Source: an uncultured Oscillospiraceae bacterium (GTDB taxonomy: Bacteria; Bacillota; Clostridia; Oscillospirales; Ruminococcaceae). Taken from it: a stretch of DNA of 58,287 nt. Below, piece after piece: positions 17,001 through 26,098 of the stretch. The translations under genes were made by a program, and so were the position numbers. The notes under the pieces are model-generated. The model was not told the origin of the DNA. It did not search any database and saw only the letters and a list, made by a program, of their open reading frames with translations. Location of the stretch: positions 1 to 58,287 of the forward strand of contig CASFXA010000036.1 in NCBI GenBank assembly GCA_949298535.1. The letters run 5' to 3'. Numbering within the stretch: position 1 is the first letter of the stretch; each line of letters begins with the position of its first letter.

Positions 17001-18989
17001 ATGAATGTTCAATCCACCAGAGACGCGGTGCGTCTGTATCAGGGAGAAAAGCTCCTCTTTGCCCACACCCTGGAACAGCCCGGAATCTATGTGGGGATGG
17101 GCCGGGAAGAAATCGATATGTACCGGGGCAACTTCCACATCAGGGATCATCTGGAACGTCGGGTGCCCCTGGAGGAACTGGAAGCGGATGAAGGCAAAAT
17201 TCGCTTCTATACCCCTGGCCGCCGGGATTCCCTGCTGCTGACCTGGGAGGAGAAAGAGGGGCGGATCCACTTCCACGGCGTCTTTTCCGGTCAGTGCAAC
17301 CGGATCTGGCTGCGGTTTCCCGCCCTGCCGGAGGATTCGGTCTTCGGAGGCGGAGAACAATTTTCCTATCTGGACCTGAGGGGAAAACGCTTTGAGATCT
17401 TCACCCGGGAACAGGGAGTGGGGCGGAACAAAAAGGAATATGTCACCTTCCTGGCGGATCAGGAGAAAGCGGGGGGCGACTATGACTGGACCTTCTTCCC
17501 CCAGCCCACCTTCCTCTCCTCCCAAAACATCTTCTTCCATCTGGAGAACACCTGCTACAGCGCCCTGGACTTCACCGCCGATTCCTTCCACGAGGTGGAG
17601 CTTTGGGACAGGGAGTTCCGCTTTGTCCTGGGCGTTGGGGAAAGCCCCGCCGACACCCTGCGCAGCCTCAGCGGTCTGCTGGGCCATCAGCCGCCTCTTC
17701 CCTCCTGGGCCTTTGAAGGCATCTGGCTGGGCATCCAGGGCGGACCGGAGGTGGTGGACCAAAAGCTCAACACCATGAAGGCCCAGGGAGCGGATGTCAC
17801 CGCCGTCTGGTGCCAGGACTGGGAAGGGGTGCGGTACACCTCCTTCGGCAAGCGTCTGCGATGGGACTGGATGGCCGATGAAGCCCTCTATCCCAACCTT
17901 CGGGAGCATATCGCCCGGTGGGAGGCTGAGGGAGTCCGGTTTATGGGCTACATCAACCCCTATGTCTGTGTGGACGGCAAACTGTTCACAGAGGCCAGGG
18001 AAAAGGGGCTGCTGGCGCTGAAAGCCGATGGTCAGGTGTACGCCGTGGATTTCGGGGAATTTGACTGCGGCATTGTGGACTTCACCAATCCGGAGGCCTG
18101 CCGCTGGTATAAGGAGGTCATCAAAAAGAACCTGCTGGGAATCGGCCTCAAGGGCTGGATGGCGGACTTCGGGGAATATCTCCCCACCGACTGCGTGCTG
18201 TTCAGCGGGGAAAGCGCCATGACCGCCCACAACCGCTGGCCGGCCATGTGGGCAAAGATCAATTATGAAGCCCTGGAGGAAACAGGCAATCTGGGGAAGG
18301 TGGCCGTCTTTTTCCGGGCAGGGGCCGCGGGCAGCCAGAAATACGCCCCCCTGATGTGGGCCGGGGACCAGAATGTGGACTGGAGCCTGGACGACGGCCT
18401 GGCCTCGGTAGTGGTGGCGGCTTTGTCCGCCGGCATGAGCGGCCACGGGATGCACACCAGCGACGTGGGAGGCTACACCACCCTGTATCACATGAAGCGA
18501 ACCAAGGAGCTGCTGATGCGCTGGGCGGAGTTCTGTGCCTTCACCCCGGTGCTGCGGACCCACGAGGGCAACCGTCCCGACTCCAACTGGCAGTTTGACA
18601 GCGATGAGGAAACCGCCCGCCATGTGGCCCGGTGCAGCCGCCTCCACACCGCTCTGACCCCCTACATACTGGAGGCGGACCGGGAGAACCGGGAGACGGG
18701 CATCCCGGCGATGCGCCCCCTGTTCCTGGAATATCCGGAGGACCGGGAGTGCTACCGGCTGAAATATCAGTATCTGCTGGGGCGGGACCTGCTGGTGGCC
18801 CCGGTGTATACCCAGGAAGCCCAGACGGTGGAGGTCTACATTCCTGACGGGAACTGGCGCAGCATTTGGGACGACGCGCCCCTTTCCCCGGGATGGAATC
18901 AGGCGCCGGCCCCCATGGGCCGTCCCGCCGTCTTTTACCGCCAGGACAGCGGCCACAAGGAACTGTTTACCCAACTGAGAACCATATAA
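17001..18989 (+). CDS. yihQ: Sulfoquinovosidase (GH31, YihQ-type)
   Basis: YihQ signatures WCQDWEGVRYTSFGKRLRWDW (sulfonate-binding Q/R/W), nucleophile WMADFGEY, acid/base WAGDQNVDWSLDDGLASV, SDVGGYTTL (Y) and RTHEGNRP. An alternative GTG start is at 16995. Confidence 0.92.
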   Translation: MNVQSTRDAVRLYQGEKLLFAHTLEQPGIYVGMGREEIDMYRGNFHIRDHLERRVPLEELEADEGKIRFYTPGRRDSLLLTWEEKEGRIHFHGVFSGQCNRIWLRFPALPEDSVFGGGEQFSYLDLRGKRFEIFTREQGVGRNKKEYVTFLADQEKAGGDYDWTFFPQPTFLSSQNIFFHLENTCYSALDFTADSFHEVELWDREFRFVLGVGESPADTLRSLSGLLGHQPPLPSWAFEGIWLGIQGGPEVVDQKLNTMKAQGADVTAVWCQDWEGVRYTSFGKRLRWDWMADEALYPNLREHIARWEAEGVRFMGYINPYVCVDGKLFTEAREKGLLALKADGQVYAVDFGEFDCGIVDFTNPEACRWYKEVIKKNLLGIGLKGWMADFGEYLPTDCVLFSGESAMTAHNRWPAMWAKINYEALEETGNLGKVAVFFRAGAAGSQKYAPLMWAGDQNVDWSLDDGLASVVVAALSAGMSGHGMHTSDVGGYTTLYHMKRTKELLMRWAEFCAFTPVLRTHEGNRPDSNWQFDSDEETARHVARCSRLHTALTPYILEADRENRETGIPAMRPLFLEYPEDRECYRLKYQYLLGRDLLVAPVYTQEAQTVEVYIPDGNWRSIWDDAPLSPGWNQAPAPMGRPAVFYRQDSGHKELFTQLRTI

Positions 18990-19034
18990 ACAACGAAAAC
19001 ACAGCTGTAAAAGAAGGAAAGCGGGAGGCGCAGT

Positions 19035-19859
19035 ATGAACAAGGAAAAGATTCAGCAGCTCAGCGACAAAGCCCGGGAAATCCGGTACCACACCATGGAC
19101 GCCATCGGCACCCTGGGGGTGGGCCATGTGGGCGGCTGCCTGTCCATCGCCGAGGTGTTGGCGGTGCTGTACGACGAAAAGATGAACATTGACCCGGCCA
19201 ATCCCAAAATGGCGGGGCGGGACCGGCTGGTGGTCTCCAAGGGCCATGCCGGCCCGGCGGTCTACGCCACCCTGGCGCTGAAGGGATTCTTTCCCATGGA
19301 GTGGCTCCATACCCTCAATCAGCCGGAAACCAATCTCCCCAGTCACTGCGACATGAACCGCACCCCCGGCATCGATATGACCGCCGGAAGCCTGGGTCAG
19401 GGAATTTCCTGCGCTGTGGGAGCGGCCAAGGGAAGCAAGATCCTGGGGGACGACGCCACCATCTACTGCATCGTGGGAGACGGCGAGAGCCAGGAGGGCC
19501 AGGTGTGGGAGGCCTCCATGACGGCGGCCCAGTACAAGCTGGACAACTTCATCCTCTTCCTGGACAACAACCACAAGCAGATCGACGGTGAGACCAAGGA
19601 TGTCAACGACCTCATCGATCCCTGCGCCAAATGGGCTGCCTTCGGCTTCAACACCTTCCAGGTGGACGGCCACGATGTGGCGGCCATCAGCGACGCCATC
19701 GACAGGGCCAAGGCCCTGCAAAACGGCAAGCCCTCCTTTATCTGCCTGGAGACGGTCAAGGGCAAAGGAGTCTCCTTCATCGAGGCGGCGGGCTTCGGCA
19801 ACCACAATATGCCCATTTCCCCTGAGCAGAAAGAAATCGCCCTCAGCGAGCTGAAATAA
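19035..19859 (+). CDS. Transketolase N-terminal subunit (SqwG-like sulfofructose transketolase)
   Basis: GHVGG, DRLVVSKGH, GSLGQG and the TPP motif GDGESQEG...N; lies next to the SQase. Confidence 0.93.
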   Translation: MNKEKIQQLSDKAREIRYHTMDAIGTLGVGHVGGCLSIAEVLAVLYDEKMNIDPANPKMAGRDRLVVSKGHAGPAVYATLALKGFFPMEWLHTLNQPETNLPSHCDMNRTPGIDMTAGSLGQGISCAVGAAKGSKILGDDATIYCIVGDGESQEGQVWEASMTAAQYKLDNFILFLDNNHKQIDGETKDVNDLIDPCAKWAAFGFNTFQVDGHDVAAISDAIDRAKALQNGKPSFICLETVKGKGVSFIEAAGFGNHNMPISPEQKEIALSELK

Positions 19860-19875
19860 AGGAGGAGAGACAAAG

Positions 19876-20817
19876 ATGGCGAACAAAGAAATGCGGGCTG
19901 TTCTGGCGGAAGGTCTGGAACAGCTGATGAAAGAGGATCCCCGCATCGTGGTGGTGGACGCCGACCTGGCCAAGGCCAACGGCACCTGGGCTCTCCGCCA
20001 GAAGTTCCCGGACCGGGCGCTGGATGTGGGCATCGCGGAGCAGAACATGACCTCCTTTGCGGCGGGGCTGGCCTCCTATGGCTTTATCCCCTTTATCGGC
20101 TCCTTCACCGCCTTCGCCACCAGACGGAACTGCGACCAGATCGCCATTTCCGTCTGCTACGCCAAGCAGAACGTGAAGATCATCGGCAGCGACCCCGGCA
20201 TCAGCGCGGAGCTCAACGGCGGCACCCATATGAGCTTTGAGGACATCGCCGTGCTGCGCAGCTTCCCCGGCATCGTCATCTTCGAGCCGGTGGACGAGGT
20301 GCAGCTGGCCCAGGCCCTGCCTCAGATTGTGGCCCATGAGGGACCGGTGTATATCCGCCTGTTCCGCAAGCCCATCGAAACCGTCATGCCCGAAGGGTAT
20401 CAGTTCCGGCTGTTCCAGGCGGACCGGCTGCGGGAGGGCGGCGACGTCTCCCTCTTTGCCAGCGGCCTGATGGTCCAGGAATCGGTGAAGGCAGTGGAGC
20501 TGCTGGCGGAGGAAGGGATCTCCGCGGAGCTCATCAACGTCCACACCATCAAGCCCCTGGACGCTGAAACCATCCTGGCGTCGGTGAAAAAGACCGGCTG
20601 CGCGGTGACGGCGGAAAACCACAACGTCATCGGCGGTCTGGGCTCCGCGGTGGCGGAGCTGCTGGGACGCAACTGCCCCGCGCCCATGGAGATGATCGGC
20701 GTTCAGGACCACTTCGGCGAGGTGGCCAAGATGCCCTACCTGAAGGAAAAATACCACATGACCGCCAAAGACATCGCTGAAGCCGCCAAAAAGGCGATTG
20801 CCAGAAAGAAAGGATGA
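19876..20817 (+). CDS. Transketolase C-terminal subunit (SqwH-like)
   Basis: DVGIAEQN, GGTHMSFED, IKPLD and ENHNVIGGLG motifs. Confidence 0.93.
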   Translation: MANKEMRAVLAEGLEQLMKEDPRIVVVDADLAKANGTWALRQKFPDRALDVGIAEQNMTSFAAGLASYGFIPFIGSFTAFATRRNCDQIAISVCYAKQNVKIIGSDPGISAELNGGTHMSFEDIAVLRSFPGIVIFEPVDEVQLAQALPQIVAHEGPVYIRLFRKPIETVMPEGYQFRLFQADRLREGGDVSLFASGLMVQESVKAVELLAEEGISAELINVHTIKPLDAETILASVKKTGCAVTAENHNVIGGLGSAVAELLGRNCPAPMEMIGVQDHFGEVAKMPYLKEKYHMTAKDIAEAAKKAIARKKG

Positions 20818-20823
20818 AGAGAA

Positions 20824-21297
20824 ATGAAAGTCATCATCGGTTCCGATAAATCCGGTTTCACCCTCAAGGAATATCTGAAAAGCACCCTGCCGGAGCTGGG
20901 GTATGAGGTGGAGGATCTGGGCACCCTGGATCCCAACGAGGCCAAACCTTTCTTCGTGGTGGCTCCTGTGGTGGCCCAGGCGGTGGCGGAAGGGAAGGCG
21001 GAAAAGGCCATCCTCATCTGCGGCACCGGCATGGGCATGAGCCAGGTGGCCAACAAATATCCCGGCATCCTAGCCGCCTGCTGCGAGTCGGTTTACGCCG
21101 CCCGGATGTGCCGCGCCATCAACAATTCCAACATTCTCTGCATGGGCGGCTGGGTCATCGCCAATGAGATGGGGCTGGAGATGGCCAAGGCTTTCCTCAC
21201 CACCGAGCACACCCAGGGTCTGGAGGAGTGGCGCCAGGAGTTCCTCAAAGGGGCCCTCGTCAAGGTGCAGGAGATCGACCAGGCCACCAGGAAATGA
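20824..21297 (+). CDS. RpiB/LacAB family sugar isomerase (SqwI-like sulfoerythrose isomerase)
   Basis: IIGSDKSG, ICGTGMGMSQVANKYPGI and NNSNILCMGG motifs. Confidence 0.9.
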   Translation: MKVIIGSDKSGFTLKEYLKSTLPELGYEVEDLGTLDPNEAKPFFVVAPVVAQAVAEGKAEKAILICGTGMGMSQVANKYPGILAACCESVYAARMCRAINNSNILCMGGWVIANEMGLEMAKAFLTTEHTQGLEEWRQEFLKGALVKVQEIDQATRK

Positions 21298-21316
21298 CGG
21301 AAAAGGAGGAACAGCC

Positions 21317-21979
21317 ATGGTAGAAACGCTGCGGAAGAAAAATCAGGTCCCCGTTTTTTCGGTGGACAGCCCGGAATTTGCTTCCTATGGGCGGGTCCTC
21401 ACCGGCTACCCCACCCAGGAGCTGGTGACCTATCTGGAGGAAAAGACTCCGGTGCCGGAAAGCGGCAACATTTATGTGGCCTCCGACCCGGAGATGGAGG
21501 CGCTGCCTGGCGCCCAGGCTTTCAGCAGGGACCTCTACGGAGAGATGCCCATTGAGATCGGCTACTGCAACGGCAACAACTCCCGCCTCAACTGCCTGGA
21601 GTATCACAAATCCAGCGAGGTGGATATCGCCGCCACCCCCCAGGTGCTGCTGCTGGCCCACCTGTGGGAGATTGTGGACAACGCCATTGATTCCAGCAAG
21701 GCGGCAGCCTTCTATCTGCCCAAGGGGACGGCGGTGGAGCTGTTTGCCACCACCCTCCATTTCTCCCCCTGCAAGGTGACGGAGGCGGGCTTCAAAACCG
21801 TCATCATCCTCCCGAAGGGGACCAACTTCCCCCTGGAACAGCCTCCCCGGCAGCGGGGCGCGGAGGAAAAACTGCTGTGGATGACCAACAAATGGCTCAT
21901 CGCCTGCCCTGGCACGCCTCAGGCGGAAAAAGGGGCCTGGGCGGGAATCACAGGAGAAAATTTTTCCCTGAAATTTTAA
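21317..21979 (+). CDS. DUF4867 family protein (recurrent in Firmicute SQ gene clusters)
   Basis: IGYCNGNNSRLNCLEYHKSSE, TLHFSPC and NKWLIA motifs. AAGGAGG RBS before 21317. Confidence 0.8.
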   Translation: MVETLRKKNQVPVFSVDSPEFASYGRVLTGYPTQELVTYLEEKTPVPESGNIYVASDPEMEALPGAQAFSRDLYGEMPIEIGYCNGNNSRLNCLEYHKSSEVDIAATPQVLLLAHLWEIVDNAIDSSKAAAFYLPKGTAVELFATTLHFSPCKVTEAGFKTVIILPKGTNFPLEQPPRQRGAEEKLLWMTNKWLIACPGTPQAEKGAWAGITGENFSLKF

Positions 21980-21985
21980 CATGAA

Positions 21986-22014
21986 TTGACAATCTGGGGC
22001 TCTGGCGGGATAAT
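21986..22014 (+). promoter_or_regulatory. Putative internal sigma-A promoter upstream of ADH-ROK-isomerase
   Basis: TTGACA-N17-GATAAT. Confidence 0.55.
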
Positions 22015-22047
22015 AGAACCGTAAGGGGCCTTCCATGGGAGGGAACC

Positions 22048-23166
22048 GTGATGTGGGAATATAAACAGCCGGTGAAAATCATCTTCGGCGGCGGTCAGGT
22101 GAACCGGTTTGGGGAAATCGTCACCGCCCTGGGATACAAGCGGGGCGTTCTGGTCTGCGACAGTTTTCTGGCCAAAAACGGCTTTGCCGCCAAAATGGTG
22201 GAACAGTCCCAGGGGCTGCTGACCGCCGTTTATGACGGCACCAGACCCAATCCCACAGTGGAAAATGTGGACAGCTGCGCGGCCCTGCTGCGGCAGCAGC
22301 AGGCGGATTTTGTGGTGGCGCTGGGGGGCGGCTCCTCCATGGACTGCGCCAAGGCCGCGGCCTGCATGGCGGCCACCGGGGAATCCATCACCAAGTATCA
22401 CGCCACAGGCGTGCCGCTTCCGCCGGAGCATCTGCCTCTGGTGGCGATTCCCACCACCGCCGGCACCGGCGCGGAGGTGACCTGCTCCAGCGTGCTGACC
22501 AATGAGGAAAAGGGGTTCAAGGCCCCCATCCTCAGCGACAATTTTTATCCGGTGCTGGCCATTGTGGATCCGGAACTGACCTATACCGTCCCCCGGCGGG
22601 TGGCGGTGGGCACCGGCCTGGACGTCCTCTCCCACGCGGTGGAGGGGTATCTGAGCGTTCATCATCAGCCTGTCTGCGACGCGGTGGCGGTTCATGCCGC
22701 CCGGCTGGTGATGGAATATCTGGAGGCCGCCTGCGCCCCGGAAACCGACCCGGCGGCAAAGGAAAAGATGGCGGAGGCCTCGGTGATGGCGGGGCTTGCC
22801 TTCTCCATCCCTAAAACCGGCGCTTCCCACGCCTGTTCCTTCATCCTTACCAATAAGTACGGAATTCCCCACGGGGAGGCCTGCGGCCTGACCCTGGATT
22901 ATTTCATCCGGGTCAACGCCGAGGCGGAAGGCGGGCGGATGCACCAGTTTGCCCGCCTGCTGGGATATGAGGACTGTTACGCCTTCTGCGACGCCATCGC
23001 CGGACTGAAAAAACGTCTGGGGGCCCGGGTGGATCTGAAGGATTTGAAGCTGACGGAGGAGGATCTGGAGCTGCTGGTCAAAGGCAGCCATCACCCCAAC
23101 ATGGACAACAGCCCTACCAAAATTACAGACGAGATGCTCAGGGAAATGTACCGGGGATTTCTCTGA
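22048..23166 (+). CDS. Iron-containing alcohol dehydrogenase (SqwF-like sulfoacetaldehyde reductase)
   Basis: ALGGGSSMDCAK, PTTAGTGAE, DVLSHAVE and SH...PHG metal ligands. Confidence 0.92.
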   Translation: MMWEYKQPVKIIFGGGQVNRFGEIVTALGYKRGVLVCDSFLAKNGFAAKMVEQSQGLLTAVYDGTRPNPTVENVDSCAALLRQQQADFVVALGGGSSMDCAKAAACMAATGESITKYHATGVPLPPEHLPLVAIPTTAGTGAEVTCSSVLTNEEKGFKAPILSDNFYPVLAIVDPELTYTVPRRVAVGTGLDVLSHAVEGYLSVHHQPVCDAVAVHAARLVMEYLEAACAPETDPAAKEKMAEASVMAGLAFSIPKTGASHACSFILTNKYGIPHGEACGLTLDYFIRVNAEAEGGRMHQFARLLGYEDCYAFCDAIAGLKKRLGARVDLKDLKLTEEDLELLVKGSHHPNMDNSPTKITDEMLREMYRGFL

Positions 23167-23204
23167 TTCCGACAGTATGATCGCAGCAACACAGAGGTGA
23201 GCAG

Positions 23205-24449
23205 ATGGTTGTCAGAGGAAAAAACATGGGGGACGTCAAGGTGGAGAACCGCGCGGCGGTGCTGAACCTTCTTCAGGCCCAGGGCAGGATGTCCCGCAAA
23301 AGGATCGCGGCGCTGCTGAATCTGACTCCGGCAGCCATCACCACCATCGTTTCGGAGCTGATTGAAAACGGACTGGTGCGGGAAGCGGGGGAGGCGGAAG
23401 TCCCCTACGGTTCCCGGAATGTGGGGCGCAGGGAGATTATGGTGGAAATCGACTGCCGGGATCTCTTTGCCGTAGGCGTTTCCTTCGGCCTGGGCAGCTG
23501 CGTCATCTCCACCATGGATCTCCAGGGGGGATTGCTGGCCAGCGAAACCATGATTTTCGACGCCGACAGCGGGGCGGAAAACATCATTGTCAGGGCCTGC
23601 AATTTTCTGCGGCGGAGCATCCAGCGGCAGGAGAGCCAGGGAAAAACCTGCGTCGGCATCGGCATTTCGGTGCGGGGCATCGTGGACGAGAGCCATGGGG
23701 TCTGCATCAACTCCTACGGCGGCTGGAAGGAAGAGAACGTCCCGGTGGCGGCCATCGCGGCGGAGCATCTGTCGGGATATGAAATCTTTCTGCGGCAGAA
23801 TGTCCGGGCACTGGCCCAAACCTATCTTTTTGAACGGCGCAACGAAGCGATTGAAAGCATGATTTTTATTAAAAACGATACCGGCATCGGTTCCGCCCTG
23901 GTGTTTGACCACCGGGTCTACAACGGCCACCGGGGTACCGGTTCTGAGATCGGCCACATCACTGTGGACCGGGCGGGAAAACCCTGTCGCTGCGGGGGCC
24001 GGGGCTGCCTGGAGACAGTGGCCTCCTGCATTGCTATTGAGCGGGATATCCGTCAGATCTACGGTCCTGATGCCACCCCCCTTCTTTGGGAACTGACCGA
24101 TGGAAGACTGGACCAGGTGAACATCGGCAGCATCATTTCCGCCGTGGAATACGGGGATGAGCAGGTGATCGCCATTGTGGACCGGGCGGTGCGGGAGCTG
24201 GCCATGGTCATCCGCAGCCTCATCGGCACCCTGGATGTGCAGAAGGTGATCCTCCACGGACAGATCTTCCATTATCAGTACTTTTTTGAAAAGCTCAAGG
24301 GGGAGATCAATTTCGATCAGCGTTACCCCTTCTTAAACAATCTCATGGACACTACCAGCCATGTACAGGATCTCAACAACAAATGCAGCCCTGTATTGGC
24401 CATTGAAGCCTTTTACGAACGAGGCGGAAGAATGGAGAGAAACTCGTAA
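23205..24449 (+). CDS. ROK family transcriptional repressor
   Basis: N-terminal HTH (SRKRIAALLNLTPAAITTIV) and the ROK Zn motif EIGHI...CRCGGRGCLE. Confidence 0.95.
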   Translation: MVVRGKNMGDVKVENRAAVLNLLQAQGRMSRKRIAALLNLTPAAITTIVSELIENGLVREAGEAEVPYGSRNVGRREIMVEIDCRDLFAVGVSFGLGSCVISTMDLQGGLLASETMIFDADSGAENIIVRACNFLRRSIQRQESQGKTCVGIGISVRGIVDESHGVCINSYGGWKEENVPVAAIAAEHLSGYEIFLRQNVRALAQTYLFERRNEAIESMIFIKNDTGIGSALVFDHRVYNGHRGTGSEIGHITVDRAGKPCRCGGRGCLETVASCIAIERDIRQIYGPDATPLLWELTDGRLDQVNIGSIISAVEYGDEQVIAIVDRAVRELAMVIRSLIGTLDVQKVILHGQIFHYQYFFEKLKGEINFDQRYPFLNNLMDTTSHVQDLNNKCSPVLAIEAFYERGGRMERNS

Positions 24450-25789
24450 TGAATCCTTTTCAGATCGCATATATCCCCATCGGCGTTCCCACCTTTCATC
24501 TGGAGAGCGCCGCAGCCCAATTTGAACAGTCGGCGGCGCTGCTCCGGGAAATTTCTCCCGATGCAGCCGTACCGGAAAAGATGCTCCTTTCCCTGGATGA
24601 CCTGAACGCCTTTCTGGACGGCATCCAGCCCTCAGCCATCATTTTGCAGAACATCACCTTTGCCAACGCCGCTTACGCCAGCGAGGTGCTCCATCGTTTC
24701 CGCTGTCCCCTGCTGCTGTGGACCCTGCGGGAGCCGGTGATCGACGGGGGACGGCTGCGGCTCAATTCCCTGACAGGGGCCTATTCCGCGGCCAATACCT
24801 TCCACGCCTTTGGCGTAAATCGATTCGCCTATCTTTTCGGAGGCCCCGGCGAAGAGGAAACCCGGGATACCCTCACCGCCTTTGTGTCCGCCGCCAGGCT
24901 GCGGCATCAGCTGTCCCAGCTGAAAATGCTGGCGGTGGGGCATACTCCCCAGGGATTCGGATTCGGGCGGGCTCTGGACGGGGAACTGCTGCACCAGTTC
25001 GGGGTGCGTCTGGAGACTGTGGAGGCCCGGGAGCTGATTGCTAAAGCTCTGGCCTATGACGAGAGCGAAATTCTCCCCTGCCTGGAACAGACGCAAAAAT
25101 GCACCTGCGCCCTGGAAGCCATTCCCCAAAAGAACCAGCTGGACCACGCCCGGCTGTATAAGGCGTATCTGGACTATGTCACCGAAAACGGAATCGGCGC
25201 TCTGGCCACCCGCTGCTGGCCCGATTTCTTCACCGCCTTCGGCACGCCGGTATGCACCGTGCTGGCCATGCTCAACGACGCGGGGATTTCCTCCGCCTGC
25301 GAAGCGGACATCTATGGCGCCCTCTCCATGTACATGGGGCAGCAGCTGACAGGAAAACCCGCCTTCTTCGGAGATCCCGTCTCCCTGGATGAAAAGGAAA
25401 GCTCGGTGACCTTCTGGCATTGCGGCACCGCCGCCTGCAGCCTGGCCCATCCCGCTACCGGCGCGGTGATCGGCGTCCATCCCAACCGGAAGATCGGTCC
25501 GGCCATGGACTTCGGCTGCGCTCCGGCGGAGCAGGTGACCATCTTCCGTATTGGCCGTAAACCGGACGGCTCCTTCCGGGCCTTTATCGCGCCGGGGGAG
25601 GCTTTGGATAAGCCCAAGCAGTTCACCGGCACCTCCCTGGTGGTGCACACCCGCACCCCGGCCAAGGAGCTGGTTTGCCGCAGCGTCAAGGAGGGTTGGG
25701 AACCTCACTTTGCCGTCCTGTACGGGGATGTCAGCGAGGAACTGGAGATGCTGTGCGATATGCTGCAAGTGGAAATTTGCCGTTATTGA
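24449..25789 (+). CDS. L-fucose/L-arabinose isomerase family protein (SqvD/SftI-like SQ isomerase)
   Basis: RLRLNSLTG, RCWPDF, ACEADIYG, FWHCG and WEPH motifs; within the SQ cluster. Confidence 0.88.
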   Translation: MNPFQIAYIPIGVPTFHLESAAAQFEQSAALLREISPDAAVPEKMLLSLDDLNAFLDGIQPSAIILQNITFANAAYASEVLHRFRCPLLLWTLREPVIDGGRLRLNSLTGAYSAANTFHAFGVNRFAYLFGGPGEEETRDTLTAFVSAARLRHQLSQLKMLAVGHTPQGFGFGRALDGELLHQFGVRLETVEARELIAKALAYDESEILPCLEQTQKCTCALEAIPQKNQLDHARLYKAYLDYVTENGIGALATRCWPDFFTAFGTPVCTVLAMLNDAGISSACEADIYGALSMYMGQQLTGKPAFFGDPVSLDEKESSVTFWHCGTAACSLAHPATGAVIGVHPNRKIGPAMDFGCAPAEQVTIFRIGRKPDGSFRAFIAPGEALDKPKQFTGTSLVVHTRTPAKELVCRSVKEGWEPHFAVLYGDVSEELEMLCDMLQVEICRY

Positions 25790-26098
25790 ACGCTCAACAA
25801 AAATCCGTGGCAGGCTCAGCGGCTTGCTGCGGATTTCTGCCTTTGAAGGGGGCCGGCAGGCCCTTTTTCCCCAGCCTGGGGGAACGTCTCCGGGGAAGGC
25901 AAAAGGGGCCAACGAGACCGGGGGGCTGTTTCCATACTCCCGGGGAAGGTCCCCTCTGTGAAGCATGGAGAAGATTTCTTCACAGCGGCATGGGGAAAAG
26001 CTCCCCGGGGAGAAGGAAATCCGCCGGGGTACGCAGTAAAATTTTTCTTTCTCATCATGCTGTCTCTTCCATTGTCCCTGTCAGAAAGGAGCTTGTCC

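Noticed and set aside
16932-20048. 1038-aa minus-strand ORF across the SQase and transketolase genes
   Set aside because: Fully antisense to well-supported genes and without recognisable domains; a codon-bias artefact.
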